Positions 15,118 to 29,099 of a stretch of 64,000 nucleotides of DNA are shown here, piece after piece. Position 1 is the stretch's first letter. Every line of letters starts with the position of its first letter. The DNA lies in the NCBI GenBank assembly GCA_951406725.2, contig OX597814.1:27528001-27592000 (forward strand), written 5' to 3'. Source of the stretch: Octopus vulgaris (taxonomy: Eukaryota). Made by a program: the position numbers and the translations under genes. The notes beneath the pieces are model-generated. The model worked only from the letters and a program-made list of their open reading frames with translations, was not told where the DNA came from and made no database searches.

Positions 15118-15445
15118 CACACGCACACACTCACACATACACACACATCTGTTGCGTTACCAACCCTGTCTCCACTCTTTTGGCTTTAAAAACCTACTTT
15201 ACTCTTGTTATCGTAAACTTCCGCCTTTCACCATGTGTACTTCGTAAACACCAGTCGTTTTTTCTCCATCTCCTGTTGCCCGCTTTGGGATTTTTCTTTC
15301 CTCTCTCTTCCTTCTTTATGTTTCCGACGAAGAGCTCCGCTCGAAACGTCATACCTTCCTGCTTCCATATTTCCTGAGCGCCTATTAATAATAATACTGT
15401 AATTGTTCCACTGTTGTTGTTTTTTGTTTTCCCGTTTGGATTAAA
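14828..15445. mobile_element. inverted pair of short Penelope-terminal-like elements with hammerhead-like motifs
   Basis: 14828-15030 (minus) and ~15280-15445 (plus) share tgtttccgacgaagagctccgctcgaaacgt...tttggattaa and are embedded in (TA)n. Another copy lies at 46500-46705. Confidence 0.7.
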
Positions 15446-15451
15446 ATTATA

Positions 15452-15551
<100 letters not shown>

Positions 15552-15579
15552 ATATATGTTATATATATACATATATATA

Positions 15580-15783
15580 ATTGAGATTCATTTGAATTAG
15601 GTATTTAAGTCGACGCACCAAGTCAGTCCGGTATTATCTGCACAGCTCGAAAGTGAATAAAATCAAAATAAGCAACTAAGCAACAGGATATGATGTAGTA
15701 TTGTAGTCCGACCGTTTCAAGTTGTTCCGTTTAATTACAGTCGTACTGTATTACTACTTCATATCCAGTTGCTTATTTTGATT
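15580..15783. repeat. fold-back repeat, related to 24510-24712
   Basis: Both share gcaccaagtcag..ggtattatctgcacagctcga and the hairpin atcaaaataagcaac...gttgcttattttgat. Confidence 0.8.
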
Positions 15784-16029
15784 ATATATGTATGTGTGTG
15801 CATGTGTGTGCGCGTGCGCGTCTGTGGTGTCTTGACAACAGATGTTACTTTTTTATGTCGTCATTCCACAAAGGGATGTATAGAATATCTATGAAGTTTG
15901 AAAACAATTAGGGGTGAATATGTTTGGCTAAAATTCCTTGAATGCGATATCCTAGCATGGCCGCGGTTCAATGACTGAAACAAGAAAAAGATAACAGGTA
16001 TCGGCATGTAGTTAATTTGCAGAATTGAA

Positions 16030-16640
16030 TTTAAATAAGAATAATAATGATGAAATTTTTGTGTATAGTGCTCAGGTGTACTACAACTCTTCGAAGGTGC
16101 ATGTACAGTACATGGAATTATGTACAAAAGTCAGAAAGTGAACGGTGTATGAGTCATGATATACATGTGTGCATGCGTATGGAGTGGGGGGGGATATCAG
16201 GTATAGTGTTGGCGAATTTCAGGAAGCATGGAGGTTTTAAAGGATGCAATGTCTTGGCAACTAACAACTGATGCAGATAGTTTGTTCCATGCTTCAGCAA
16301 GTCTAAGTGTAAAAAATGTTTCCGAAAATCAGGGGAGCTGTTCTGTTTCCTATCTTTGTAGACATACACATGTATGTCAGATTTGTGGAGCTCAAAAAGG
16401 TGTTCGAGGTGGTTGTAGGCGCGATAGTTAATAATTTTGTGGGTGTTTACTAAGTCAGTTGCTAGACGTCGGAGCTTCAATGTATCTATGCCCAGGGAAG
16501 CAAGGCGTTCAGAGCATGGTAGATGCCTGGTGGAGGGTATTCGCTTGGCTGCACGTATCTGAATAGTTTCCAGGAAGTCAATGTCCTGAGTATGATAGGG
16601 GTTCCAGACTGGTAATGCAGTCCTATAACCATAAACAGCT
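16030..16640 (-). mobile_element. CR1-clade LINE 3' fragment
   Basis: Translation PVWNPYHTQDIDFLETIQIRAAKRIP..LPCSERLASLGIDTLKLRRLATDLVNTHKII is typical of the CR1/L2 ORF2 C-terminus. Confidence 0.85.
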
Positions 16641-17678
16641 TTATATAGATAGCTGGAGAGCGGCTGTTCCACTGTAATTACAGCGAAGCGTATGGGATGA
16701 TCTTAGTTGAAAATATATCAGCTTCAAAAATATCAAAATGGTTCTCAAGGAGAAAATCGTTAGTCATTTGTGTGAAAACTTTTAGCGCCACTGGTATGGA
16801 ATAGAAGGGTACCATGTGGCATAATTGGGCATTCTACAACACTGTATAATTTATTTGAAATAAGATATTTCTTTCATTTTTGCTGGATGTTGTGAATTTC
16901 CAACCATCATCGAAATTTGTAGCACTTATATCATTTTTAAGAACATTACTGGCATAAACGAATTGATAAATTAAAATTCAGTAAGCACTTCTACAGAGCT
17001 CAAGGAATGCCCTGAGTTACTTCCCTTATTTAACACTCTTCCGTGTGTTTTCTTTCTCGTTACATTATACTAAGGAACAATGTTATGCAGTAATTATTTG
17101 GTATAATCGGTTTAATATTTCACTGGAGTAATATCTTACTACTTACAGAAAGAGAAAAAGAAAAGTCAGCAATAACTGATAGGATTTGAACCATAAATAA
17201 TAACGTAGCACGTCCAATACGGAACCCATTCCGGTAATCAGTGTTCGTGCAAAGCTTTTGGAGTTACTTCCCTTACATTAAGAAATCACCCTGTTTCTCT
17301 GTTTTCGTTCGTTTATTTATTTGTATTAATATTTCCGTTGCACAAAGTACTGGACTTCATATTTTGGGTGGAGGAGTTGTGATGTTTCACTCTCACTAAA
17401 GGCATTAGTGACAAAAATGAAACGAAATGGTCACAACCATGAATTGTACATCGCCTGTTGAACACTTTCCACCAGGATCACACGTTTACGCTGATCACGT
17501 GGGATGTTGACAAATAATATTGATTCCCAAAGTCAACACTAGATTTGTAGCATTGTTGGGTAATCGATTAGATAAATTCAACATATGTTTCAATTATTAA
17601 CCAGACACCGGGTCACAAATATAGGCTACGGGTATAGTCGTTTAAACCGGCATCAAATGAGCTTTGGACTCAGAACAA

Positions 17679-17731
<53 letters not shown>

Positions 17732-17838
17732 CTTTATTCACCATAAGGTTGAGAAAAAGAGGGGACAAAACAAACGTTGGGGTCAGGGTATCGAATGAGA
17801 CGAAACATGAATAAAAAAACAATTAAAATATATACAAT

Positions 17839-17910
<72 letters not shown>

Positions 17911-18427
17911 TACTTTTATTTTGTTTAGTTCCAGGTCATCCTAATTCATCAGACAGATATGATCAAAGGCGTTCCAACCATGAGTGCCTTGTGTTTTATG
18001 CATATATAGGACTACATTATAGGTCGGTAGGGACTGATTCGAGGGAGAAAAAATCAAATGATTACCTAGTGGCTCACTTGTTGACTCAAGGTGGTCTACA
18101 ATAACTACCAACATCGTCAACGATAGCGTCCTATCGTATATATACAACTAGTCGAGAAAATGACGAGGTCCTTTCAAGATTACTCGGTTAGCCAGAAAGA
18201 GCAGCTAAATCACCCAAAAATCATGCTCTACCATGGAAGGAAGGGCATATTGGTAATGTTGTTTGTTATATAGTGTCACAAGTATGATAGTCATAGCCAG
18301 AATGCAATCGATCTTCTTTTCATTGACATTCCACCTGGAATTAGACAGCAGCAACAGAAACAGCATCACTCTTAAAAGCAATAAGGGTGTTTGAATGAGA
18401 GTGCTTGTATATAGTCAAGGAGCCTGT

Positions 18428-18806
18428 TACATTCTAGTGTTTTGAGAATAAAGGGATACATTCTAGTGTTTTGAAAATAAAGGGATACATTCTAGTGTTT
18501 TGAAAATAAAGGGATACATTCTAGTGTTTTGAAAATAAAGGGATACATTCTAGTATTTTGAAAATAAAGGGATACATTCTAGTGTTTTGAAAATAAGGGA
18601 TACATTCTAGTATTTTGAAAATAAAGGGATACATTCTAGTGTTTTGAAAATAAAGGGATACATTCTAGTATTTTGAAAATAAAGGGATACATTCTAGTGT
18701 TTTGAAAATAAAGGGATACATTCTAGTGTTTTGAAAATAAAGGGATACATTCTAGTGTTTTGAAAATAAAGGGATACATTCTAGTGTTTTGAAAATAAAG
18801 GGATAC
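18428..18806. repeat. 29-bp minisatellite, ~13 copies
   Basis: Unit TACATTCTAGTGTTTTGAAAATAAAGGGA repeated head-to-tail without spacers. Confidence 0.95.
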
Positions 18807-19899
18807 TGTATTGCATTAAAAAAAATGACATGTAATGCTGAAGAGACGGTTCTTGATTAGAAGTCTGTTCACTCACGGTCTTATTTCTCATTAGGTCAGC
18901 CTGGTGAAAAATAAAAATACTAGTCGTTTGTTGTAAAGACTTCAGAGTGACCTCCCTTTATTTAAAAATAATTTCTTCCTCGGGTTTTTCTCTGTCTTTC
19001 TTCCCTACACCTTGCCACTTCGTAATTATGTAATTAAACAAGCTTTGGTGAATACTTTTTCTAAAAAGAAATTTTCCTTCTCAAATATAATATTAAAAAT
19101 AAAACAACTTATTTAAAATTTTTTATTCACTTCAGATATTTTCTCTTTAATTTGCCCACCCACCCACCCACCCACCAAACAAGGTTTTTAAAATTACAAG
19201 ACTTAAGTGAAAACTGCCTATTACGAGCATGGATAACGCCATTAAACGAGTATTGTTATCAAAACTAGCGGGTCCTGAATTCTTTATATAAAATAAATTA
19301 AAAATTATCCACTTATTACAATCAAAGCATCAAATATGATCATCGAAATTTTCAAGTAAACTGCAATACAACTATTATAATCATTATAGAGATCAAAAGA
19401 TAATCGCGCTAGCTACAGAGTCGAGGTAGGTGTGCGGTGATGGTGATAACGACAGTCATATGTTGGCGTTGAGAGCGGAGATACAGGTGTGTTAAGTTTG
19501 GTCGGTGTTGCTGGCGGTGTTGTACATACTTTATGGAGGAAGTCGTTTAGCAAAACCACAGAGAATGTTATTAAATGGTTATTAATAATATTAGTGGGTG
19601 GCAAACACAATGTAAAACGAAGTTAGTACACAGTTGCGGATATCGTAGAAGATAGAAAATAATTTATCCTCTCGTTGTATCAAATTTAAATTTGTTTATA
19701 TTTCTAAACTACTCAGGTTTTATGCTCTATAGATCAGTCCTATTTTTTTAATGTATGAATATATTTCAAATTTTATAGAAATTAACAATTCGATTCATCC
19801 AGCATGATATCTAAATGTTTTTCAAATATAAGCATGTTTAAACATTGAAATAATAAAGGAATTGTTTTCATTGTCTATGGTATTTGAAACCGCCGACTG

Positions 19900-20830
19900 A
19901 CTTTTTAAAAGAGAAAAATTTTAAACGAGGAATTTTGATAACTCCTGTACAATATTCATGGCCCATTATCATTTCAAGACAGTTGCCCTATATGTCTAGG
20001 AAATATACCACAAGGCTTGCCAGAGAAAATGTTTCTCAGAAGATGATGCAAGGCTGGAACAGTACTTTGGAAGTGGTGCATTCTCTGAGCAAGGTGAGAA
20101 GTCACTTTGCTATCCCTTTCAGTGGCTGCTCATCATTCAGTCTTCAATAACTCGGACATGAATTAACCAGAGAGTATGATAAAGTTCATAATGTATCAAG
20201 TACATCAAGAGTAAAATAAACCCACATCTAGAGTTTGCATCTTCGATGTACAACCAAGCACCTCATTGAGAATACTACACACTTCGTGGATGGCGAGGCT
20301 CTTGAGCAGCATCAGTAACAAACAGGAGCTGCAACTCTTTGTCGAGAGATTCTTCGGGAAACCAGCTATGGCATTTAATAATTGGAAAAGGTTGTCACTA
20401 AAATGAATTAGTTTAGGTTCAAGAGAAATAGTTTCTTTTGATGCTTTTTAAATAAACTTAAATTTAATAAAAGAGCCTTCAATAAAGCAGATCGCAGTGA
20501 CTGCATCTGAATTGCTGCAACCTGACTCACAGGTAGAATTGTTCATTCTGGCCTTAAACTACCTGTTTACCTCATCGATAATGACAGTACTGCGTGCTGT
20601 GTGCAATATTGGCAAAGGATCTAGACAGCTGTTCTGAAGCAAACCAACCTGAAAGCATGAGATGAGTATAAAATGGCTCACAAACTTGCATTTGACACTC
20701 TTGATCGCACGTTAGAAGATCTCAGACTCTACAGATTATCGACAGAGTCACAACTTTGCTTTCTAACGATTTTAGGTAAACTCTGCCAATCACATCAAAC
20801 AGTATATCTCACAGAACTCAGAGTATGCGT
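19900..20830 (+). pseudogene. decayed Helitron RepHel (Pif1-family helicase) fragment
   Basis: Broken motifs IAVTAS*IAAT*LTGRIVHSGLKLP, *DEYKMAHKLAFDTLDRTLEDLR and LLSNDFR*TLPI match the Pif1/Helitron motifs ASSGIAA..GRTAHS.FKLP, WDE..M..K.AF..LDR and GDFRQ.LP. Confidence 0.8.
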
Positions 20831-21508
20831 GAAATGAAAACAATTTTATTGGCACAATCAGTCATAATGGTTGCTTCGATACACAAATGGTATGGGGGTT
20901 TTGTCAGCTATTCTTGTATTGTTAAAGAGTTTCTGGTGCATCTAAATTTTGCAGTGACTTAATGGGTGTTCCTTCTTTTAGTTGCGGATAATGAGAAGGG
21001 CTAGCGGTAGGCTGAAGAGAATTGTGGAACTTTGTGGATAACTGGCAGAAGCGTTAACGTCAACTGCAATTTGATCTGACAACGCGTCAAGATTATGCTG
21101 GTGTCTGTTGAAAAATAATGACATTTATATCCTGCAAAATTTCATTTTGGGCAGCTTGAACGGCACGTTCACAAATCCACTCATAGTTTCTGTAATCGTA
21201 TGAGAGTCTAGGATACTCGTTCAATAGCATTTATAGGATTTCCTGAGATTTGTTGAGATGAGAACTCCACATTATTTTTTCTGATGAGTTGAGAAAAAAT
21301 CTCAAAGAAATTAGTTTCTGGAGACGAGAGAAAATATTTCATTTTTCTTCCAGCTTCCAGTTTGAAATTTGAAATTTGCAGTTAATAGAGTTGCCTCGGC
21401 AGCCCAGTTTGCGAAAGAGGGCTAACAGTCAGTTATCATCTGGCACGGAGAATGAAAATATCAAAATGACAAAAACAGAAAAAAATAGTAGAGAGAGAAG
21501 GGGAGAAG

Positions 21509-21583
<75 letters not shown>

Positions 21584-21584
21584 G

Positions 21585-22463
21585 AGTGGCTCTTCTCTGA
21601 ATGCAATCCATGATATATCGGTGCGTAGAGGAGCAATGTACCCCGTGTGACAGCAGTACTCCATTGTGGGCCTCACTCAAGCCTGATAGAACGTCCACAA
21701 CTATGCGGACTGAAATATCTTCTGGGTCTGATGAGAAGAGCGCAGTCTATTGGTTATGGTCCTACTTATGCTAAAGATGTACTTTCTCTAGAAGAAATCT
21801 TCGATGATAGTAAGGCCTAGCATTTGAAGCGACTGTGAGGGCTTTAGCTGAGCGCCAGCCATCGTCAGTAGAGATTTAGTACAGTGGTATTTTCTTGATA
21901 TGATAAATGCTTGAGATTTTTTGCTGTCAAAAGATACAAGGTGGATATGATCCCACCGATTGATGCTCTCAAGCACTCCGTTTATAGAATCAATATAAGC
22001 CTGAAGTGTAGTATCTAGGTTGCTTGTGGATGACGCATGGCTGAAGAAAGATAGGGAACAATAAAGAGTCGTGCCATCTGTATAAGAGTGGGTGTTGTTG
22101 GAAGTGACAGTCTGTAGGTTATTGATGTATAGAAGGAAAAGTGTGGTGGTGACAGGGACAAAAACCGAACCCTGGGGAATATAAGCGTTGATTTAGAATG
22201 GGAAGAAAAAGTGTCGTCATCGTATGCTGTGATGGTGCAATCAAATATGAAGCTACCATCCAAGTGATGTGCGATGGGTGGATGTTATAGACGAAAAGTT
22301 TTGACAGGCAACTTGTATGCCAGACACGTTGAAGGCTTTGCCAATATCTTGGGTAACAATATTTCTTTCCCCGAAATAACCTACAGCTAGATCTATTAAT
22401 AAGTGACACAAGGGCATAGGCCACCAAGGGATCGAGCTCTGTGGAAGCCGTATTGATGGGCAT

Positions 22464-22539
<76 letters not shown>

Positions 22540-22930
22540 CAAGGTGGTGGACACCGTCATTGTTAATGGCTGTCTCAATCTCCTCAGAGAGCTTAGAGAT
22601 GAAAGCAATGAGACGATAGTTGGGCGGGTCGAAGGGCTACCTTCTTTTGGAATGGGACATTCGGAAGTATGTTTCCAAATGTCAGGGTATATCTCCGTAG
22701 AGAGCGAGAGATTAAAGAGTTTAATGAATATTGGAGCAAGTTCTGGGACACAATGCTTGAAGATAATGACAATAACCTTGTCAGGGTCAGTAGCTTTGCA
22801 GTTTTGAAGCAGCCGGAAATATTTCCGCACTTGGTAAGTGATGGTCTAATGAAATGGAAGGGATACATTCGGAGGTGACTGGTCAAAGGTGTTTTTATCA
22901 CACCAAGTGAAGGAGTATACACCAGAATGA
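21585..22930 (-). mobile_element. decayed LINE reverse transcriptase (CR1/L2/Jockey group), interrupted by (GA)n
   Basis: KATDPDKV..FKHCVPELAPIFIKLFNLSLSTEIYPDIWK..PIPKEG, AYDDDT (YADD-like), WDHIHLVSFDSKKSQ and MEYCCH..IQRRA. Confidence 0.85.
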
Positions 22931-23093
22931 GTATACGCTAGAACTAGTATACACTAGAATACGTCAAAGCCTTTTCATTAGTAGAATATGTTAGAAGTAA
23001 CTTTCTATTGAACAATAAAGGATAAATTGACGAAGTGATTTTAAGAAAGTGTGATGGAATGTGTGAAATTCGATCTTCGTGAAGCCCGTGTGT

Positions 23094-23575
23094 AGTTGGG
23101 TCAACCTATAAATAATGCAGTTTTTTTAATACTTCTTTTATTTTTCAAAATTAAGATAAACAAAGTTCTTTTTAAATTCAAAATATACTCTCCTTCATTT
23201 TCTACAACGGTCTTCCATCTCTCTGGTAGACTTGCAAGGCATCTCTTCCAAAATTCACTTGCCCGTAATGAGAAATATTCTTCCAGTACTGTTCTGACCT
23301 CGTCTACGGAATTCATATCTTTTCCATCCAAATGATTTTGAAGACAGCGGAATAAATGATAATCAGATAGGGCAATGTCCGGCGAATATGTTGGGTGGGG
23401 TATCGTTTCCCATTCAAGATGCTTTAACCTTTGAAATAATATCCTTGCTGTATGTGGCCAAGCATTATTCTGGTAGAGGAACACCTTTCGTTTTTCTTCT
23501 ATCGCTCAAGCTGCTCGCAGTAGATCTCCTTTGTTATCGCTTGATTTGGGTTTAAAAGTTTAAAGTTGAATAAAC
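23094..23575 (-). mobile_element. mariner (DD34D) transposon, 3' half
   Basis: NNAWPHTA..LEWETIPHPTYSPDIALSDYHLFRCLQNHL..LPERWKTVVENEGEYI, followed by a TIR-like end (..ggttgacccaacta on the minus strand). Confidence 0.9.
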
Positions 23576-23839
23576 CTATCACACACACACATACACACAC
23601 ATACATACATACTTACATACATATATACATATATACATTTCTTTATTGCCCACAATCATACCCACACGTATCATAGCCCCCCCCCCGACGCATAATGTTA
23701 TAAAAACAGTCTCACATTCACTTTATATTACCTAGCAGTTTCATGCTGAAGAACCTTCCAAAAGTGGAGAGGTAAATCAACAATCATTGGACGTAACTCA
23801 GTTCTTCATTTTGCTGAATTATGAAAATTGATTGGGCAA

Positions 23840-23898
<59 letters not shown>

Positions 23899-23917
23899 TA
23901 CACACACACACATATAT

Positions 23918-23962
<45 letters not shown>

Positions 23963-23965
23963 CAT

Positions 23966-24314
23966 GTGGAGGCGCAATGGACCAGTGGTTAGGATCGCGG
24001 TTTCGATTCCCAGACCGGGCGTTGTGAGTGTTTATTGAGCGAAAACACCTAAAGCTCCACGAGCCTCTGGTGATCCCTGCTGTACTCTTTCACCACAACT
24101 TTCTCTCACTCTTACTTCCTGTTTCTGTTGTACCTATATTTCAAAGGGCCGGCCTTGTCACTCTCTGTGTCACGCTGAATATCCCCGAGAACTACGTTAA
24201 GGGTACACGTGTCTGTGGAGTGCTCAGCCACTTACACGTTAATTTCACGAGCAGGCTGTTCCGTTGATTCGGATCAACCGGAATCCTCGTCGTCGTAACC
24301 GACGGAGTGCTTCC
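23966..24314 (+). mobile_element. tRNA-derived SINE, family A
   Basis: gtggaggcgcaatgg.ccagtggttagg...ccgacggagtgcttcc; four near-identical copies in the window. This one has two internal deletions. Confidence 0.9.
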
Positions 24315-24325
24315 ATTCCATACAT

Positions 24326-24500
24326 ACTCTTTTACTCTTTTACTTGTTTCAGTCATGTGACTGTGGCCATGCTGGTGCACCGCCTTTAGTCGAGCAAGTC
24401 GACCCGAGACTATAGTAGAAGACACTTGCCCAAGGTGCCACGCAGTGGGACTGAATCCCGGAACCATGTGGTTGGTAAGCAAGCTATTTACCACACAGCC
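24326..24500 (-). mobile_element. SINE family B, internally deleted
   Basis: Head and tail of family B joined at gacccgag. Confidence 0.8.
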
Positions 24501-24590
24501 AAGAAATAATTATGATTCAGTTGAATTAGGTACTTAAGTTGAAGCACCAAGTCAGTTCGGTATTATCTGCACAGCTCGAAGGTGAATGAA

Positions 24591-24711
24591 ATCAAAATAA
24601 GCAACAGGATATCAAGTAGTAATGTAGTGCGACCGTTTCAATGCAATTAAATGGAGTCGATTGAAACGGTCGTACTGTATTACTACTCGATATCCTGTTG
24701 CTTATTTTGAT
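24591..24711. repeat. hairpin with ~52-bp arms
   Basis: atcaaaataagcaacaggatatc..gaccgtttcaat pairs with attgaaacggtc..gatatcctgttgcttattttgat. Confidence 0.9.
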
Positions 24712-24798
24712 TACATATACACACATATATATAATCTGTGTATAACGTAATCTACAATAATACTAAGCGCTTAAACCTCGGACCAGAACTCTGACTAT

Positions 24799-25182
24799 GG
24801 AAGCACTCCGTCGGTTACGACGACGAGGGTTCCGGTTGATCCGAATCAACGGAACAGCCTGCTCGTGAAATTAACGTGTAAGTGGCTGAGCACTCCACAG
24901 ACACGTGTACCCTTAACGTAGTTCTCGGGGATATTCAGCGTGACACAGAGAGGGACAAGGCCGGCCCTTTGAAATACAGGTACAACAGAAACAGGAAGTA
25001 AGAGTGAGAGAAAGTTGTGGTGAAAGAGTACAGCAGGGATCACCACCATCCCCTGCTGGAGCCTCGTGGAGCTTTAGATGTATTCGCTCAATAAACACTC
25101 ACAACGCCCGGTCTGGGAATCGAAACCGCAATCCTATGACCGCGAGTCCGCTGCCCTAACCACTGGGCCATTGCGCCTCCAC
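24799..25182 (-). mobile_element. SINE family A, full length with TSD
   Basis: 11-bp TSD ACTCTGACTAT at 24788-24798 and 25183-25193. Confidence 0.92.
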
Positions 25183-25813
25183 ACTCTGACTATAATGAAC
25201 CTTTCTACACTAACTTTATTATAACATACTTACACAACTATACCTGGCATCTTTAATATAGCACTACCTGTCATAAAGTTTAATGATTACAAGTATTTCC
25301 ATTATTCTAATACTTCAGTTTTAATAATCCAACCACGTATTCCAAACACAAAGTTCAAATAATTTAATTTATTTTATTTCTACGTTCCATCAACAATCCT
25401 TATAATTATCTCTCACTAATTATACTCTGCTTGGTATAAATAAAACTGAAGTAGCCACTTCTGGGTATGCTTTTAGTTTTCATAGTTGACTTAATCAATA
25501 AGAATTTTAACTTTTCATTTATTTGAAATTAATTTAAATCTCCACATTATTACATGCTCTGTCACTTATTATAAATCACAATTTCTTTATGTGCGGATGA
25601 GCTTGTGTGTGTACACACACATAGACGCACGTACACAGAGACAGTCACACACGCGTACACACATTTAGATACTGAGAGTGCGTAATGACTCATAATGTAG
25701 TCGATGGCATAACTTTATCTCTAAATGAATTAAACAATAGATCTCAAATACCATAAAAGAAACTATGGAATACTCACAAGTTAACCTTCAGGACATCTAG
25801 ATGTTCTGACGAT

Positions 25814-28123
25814 CACGAAATCTTTCTAAATAGAAACCAGACTTTTAAAACAGTATGCTAACCCGTTGACGTAGCGTGCTCTCAAGTGTTGTGTTCGCAA
25901 CTGTCGTACTGTGTGTATTGAAGATATTAATTTACAGTTTGATAATAGTCACATCTCTCTCATCACACTGGTTAGTTATTGAACAACAAGCGCGAGCGTG
26001 AACATATGTTTAATATCTTTTGAGATTCGTTGCATGGATTTCTGTTTCAGGTTGGCAAAAATCTTTTACAGAAATTTTTCTTATATTGCTAAACCCTACG
26101 AGGAAGAGTTTTTGAACCATGTGCCATGTCATGAGTAGTACAGGGGTTTCAAATCAGAAAGAACAACCACCGAAGACGATTCCAAATGTGGGCACCTTCT
26201 ACAAGAGCGGGTGACGATCAGATTGCGAAAGAGAGCATGTCGGGATCACTGAAAATTGTATCCTGACTGTTTCAGGTTGACAAAAATCTTTTACAGAAAT
26301 TTTTCTTATATTGCTAAACCCTACGAGGAAGAGTTTTTGAACCATGTGCCATGTCATGAGTAGTACAGGGGTTTCAAATCAGAAAGAACAACCACCGAAG
26401 ACGATTCCAAATGTGGGCACCTTCTACAAGAGCGGGTGACGATCAGATTGCGAAAGAGAGAGCATGTCGGGATCACTGAAAATTGTATCCTGACTGTTTC
26501 AGGTTGACAAAAATCTTTTACAGAAATTTTTCTTATATTGCTAAACCCTACGAGGAAGAGTTTTTGAACCATGTGCCATGTCATGAGTAGTACAGGGGTT
26601 TCAAATCAGAAAGAACAACCACCGAAGACGATTCCAAATGTGGGCACCTTCTACAAGAGCGGGTGACGATCAGATTGCGAAAGAGAGCATGTCGGGATCA
26701 CTGAAAATTGTATCCTGACTGTTTCAGGTTGACAAAAATCTTTTACAGAAATTTTTCTTATATTGCTAAAGCCTACGAGGAAGAGTTTTTGAACCATGTG
26801 CCATGTCATGAGTAGTACAGGGGTTTCAAATCAGAAAGAACAACCACCGAAGACGATTCCAAATGTGGGCACCTTCTACAAGAGCGGGTGACGATCAGAT
26901 TGCGAAAGAGAGCATGTCGGGATCACTGAAAATTGTATCCTGACTGTTTCAGGTTGACAAAAATCTTTTACAGAAATTTTTCTTATATTGCTAAGCCCTA
27001 CGAGGAAGAGTTTTTGAACCATGTGCCATGTCATGAATAGTACAGGGGTTTCAAATCAGAAAGAACAACCACTGAAGACGATTCCAAATGTGGGCACCTT
27101 CTACGAGAGCGGGTGACGATCAGATTGCGAAAGAGAGCATGTCGGGATCACTGAGAATCGTATCCTGACTGTCCAAGAAGTCCTGTAAAAGTTCGTACCG
27201 CTTGCCTTTAAAAGTACAATTGGAGATGCATCATGTTACTGTAAAATGTATCCTACGTCTGTTGACAACTGAGCAAAAAGAAAACCGAATCACAACTATT
27301 TAGAAATCTTTTATCGTTCGAATGCTGATGAAAACTTTCTGGAAATTGTCACGGAAGATGATGAAGAGTGTGTTTACGGTTACGACGTCCGAGCAAAAAA
27401 GGGCGGCTGTCGTATTGGATCGAATCACTGCTACATCAGAGTTATTCAAATATGTAGGCGCTGTTTTTTTTATGTGGTAAAACGATCAAAAAGTACTACT
27501 TGAATGTCTTGAGGAGTAAGAGAAAGGCAGAGTGAAGGAAGAGGCTTTGAGGTCTTGATAAACAAAACCCGGATGCTGCATGAGGCCAGTCCTTGCTCAC
27601 ATGCCATTCTTTATTATGAATGACGAACTCACCTTGACTATGATTCTATGAACCGTAAAAATTAATACAGAAAGTTGCTTATTTGCAAAAAAAAAAAAAG
27701 AAATATAACATGTGACTTCATTGACCGAGGTTACCGTGGTATTTTCCGTAGGCTTTTCTTTCCACGGGTAAACCTCACCTGTCCTCCCCTTTACACTTCA
27801 TATTGACAAGCACGTGACGATTTTTGCCCCTACCAACCATCTCACTCTTCAGATTTTGTTCTTGTAGGCTTTATGGCTTCCGATGTTGAAATCCATCTGG
27901 AAAGATTTCTTTCTGTTGTCGATAGAAGAGGTTAAAGGATATTCGCCTGGGGAACTGTGCTCTACATTTATCAAAACGCATCTCAAAACTGAAACAAAAA
28001 GGTTTAGAGTGTTGCATCAGTTTTGGAATGAGCTATTTCGAAGGAAACAAACCTGATCAAATTGTAAGCAAAGCAATGAAGTCAACTTTTAAACTGTCTG
28101 TTCCTCTTTGGATAGATTTTAGA
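25814..28123 (+). mobile_element. decayed full-span mariner element with internal tandem amplification
   Basis: Imperfect TIRs at ~25814-25850 and ~28088-28123. Remnant transposase motifs GFKSERTTTEDD (HTH region), IVTEDDEECVYGYD (first catalytic D region) and SYFEG (C-terminus). Confidence 0.75.
26042..27172. repeat. 225-bp tandem repeat, five copies
   Basis: Units start at 26042, 26267, 26494, 26719 and 26944 and are nearly identical. Confidence 0.95.
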
Positions 28124-28515
28124 GTCATCACGTCTACTACTGTTGAATTAATCCCACATATATCGAGGTTACTGACATCAAGCGTGATTAGTGTAGAAAT
28201 GGCTAGAAACGTAGAAAGCAACGAAGCGTTCGCTTCATACATCACTGCAAAACAATGAGAGTCTTCGAAAGATAATGGGAAATACCATCTGGATACTTTT
28301 AAAAAAGGAACTGGGATGTTTTTGGTTCATGTCAGGAGTTATGACGTTTATAGTCACACAAAAGCCGAGGAAGTACAATTTTAAATAATCTGAGAGCACG
28401 ATGAATTTTTGTCTAAGGGATTTAAACAAACAGGAAGATATAGAATCTTTACCACAAGTAACCCCCATGGGCATCAACTACTATAGAATATTTATCATGT
28501 TACTTTGCGGAAATG

Positions 28516-28832
<317 letters not shown>

Positions 28833-29099
28833 CCCGTGTGTTTAGCTATCCACCCGTCTATCTACATATTTATCTGTCTATCTATAATGTACAAGTATCT
28901 CCCACGGGATTCACTGTTCCTGAAAATTATGCCGCAACGTAATATTCTGCAAAACGAAAGTTATTGTAAACTTTTCGATGACATTCTTTCGATTAGAAAA
29001 AGGTAACACAACCGCTTTTATGAAGAAAATATAAAATTTTAAACACAGATAAAACAGTTTGCATACATAAAAACATTTGAAGAGAAATACCTTACGGAA

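Noticed and set aside
18428-18806. 29-bp repeat array as a CRISPR array
   Set aside because: The units are contiguous with no unique spacers, there are no cas genes, and the context is eukaryotic. It is a minisatellite.
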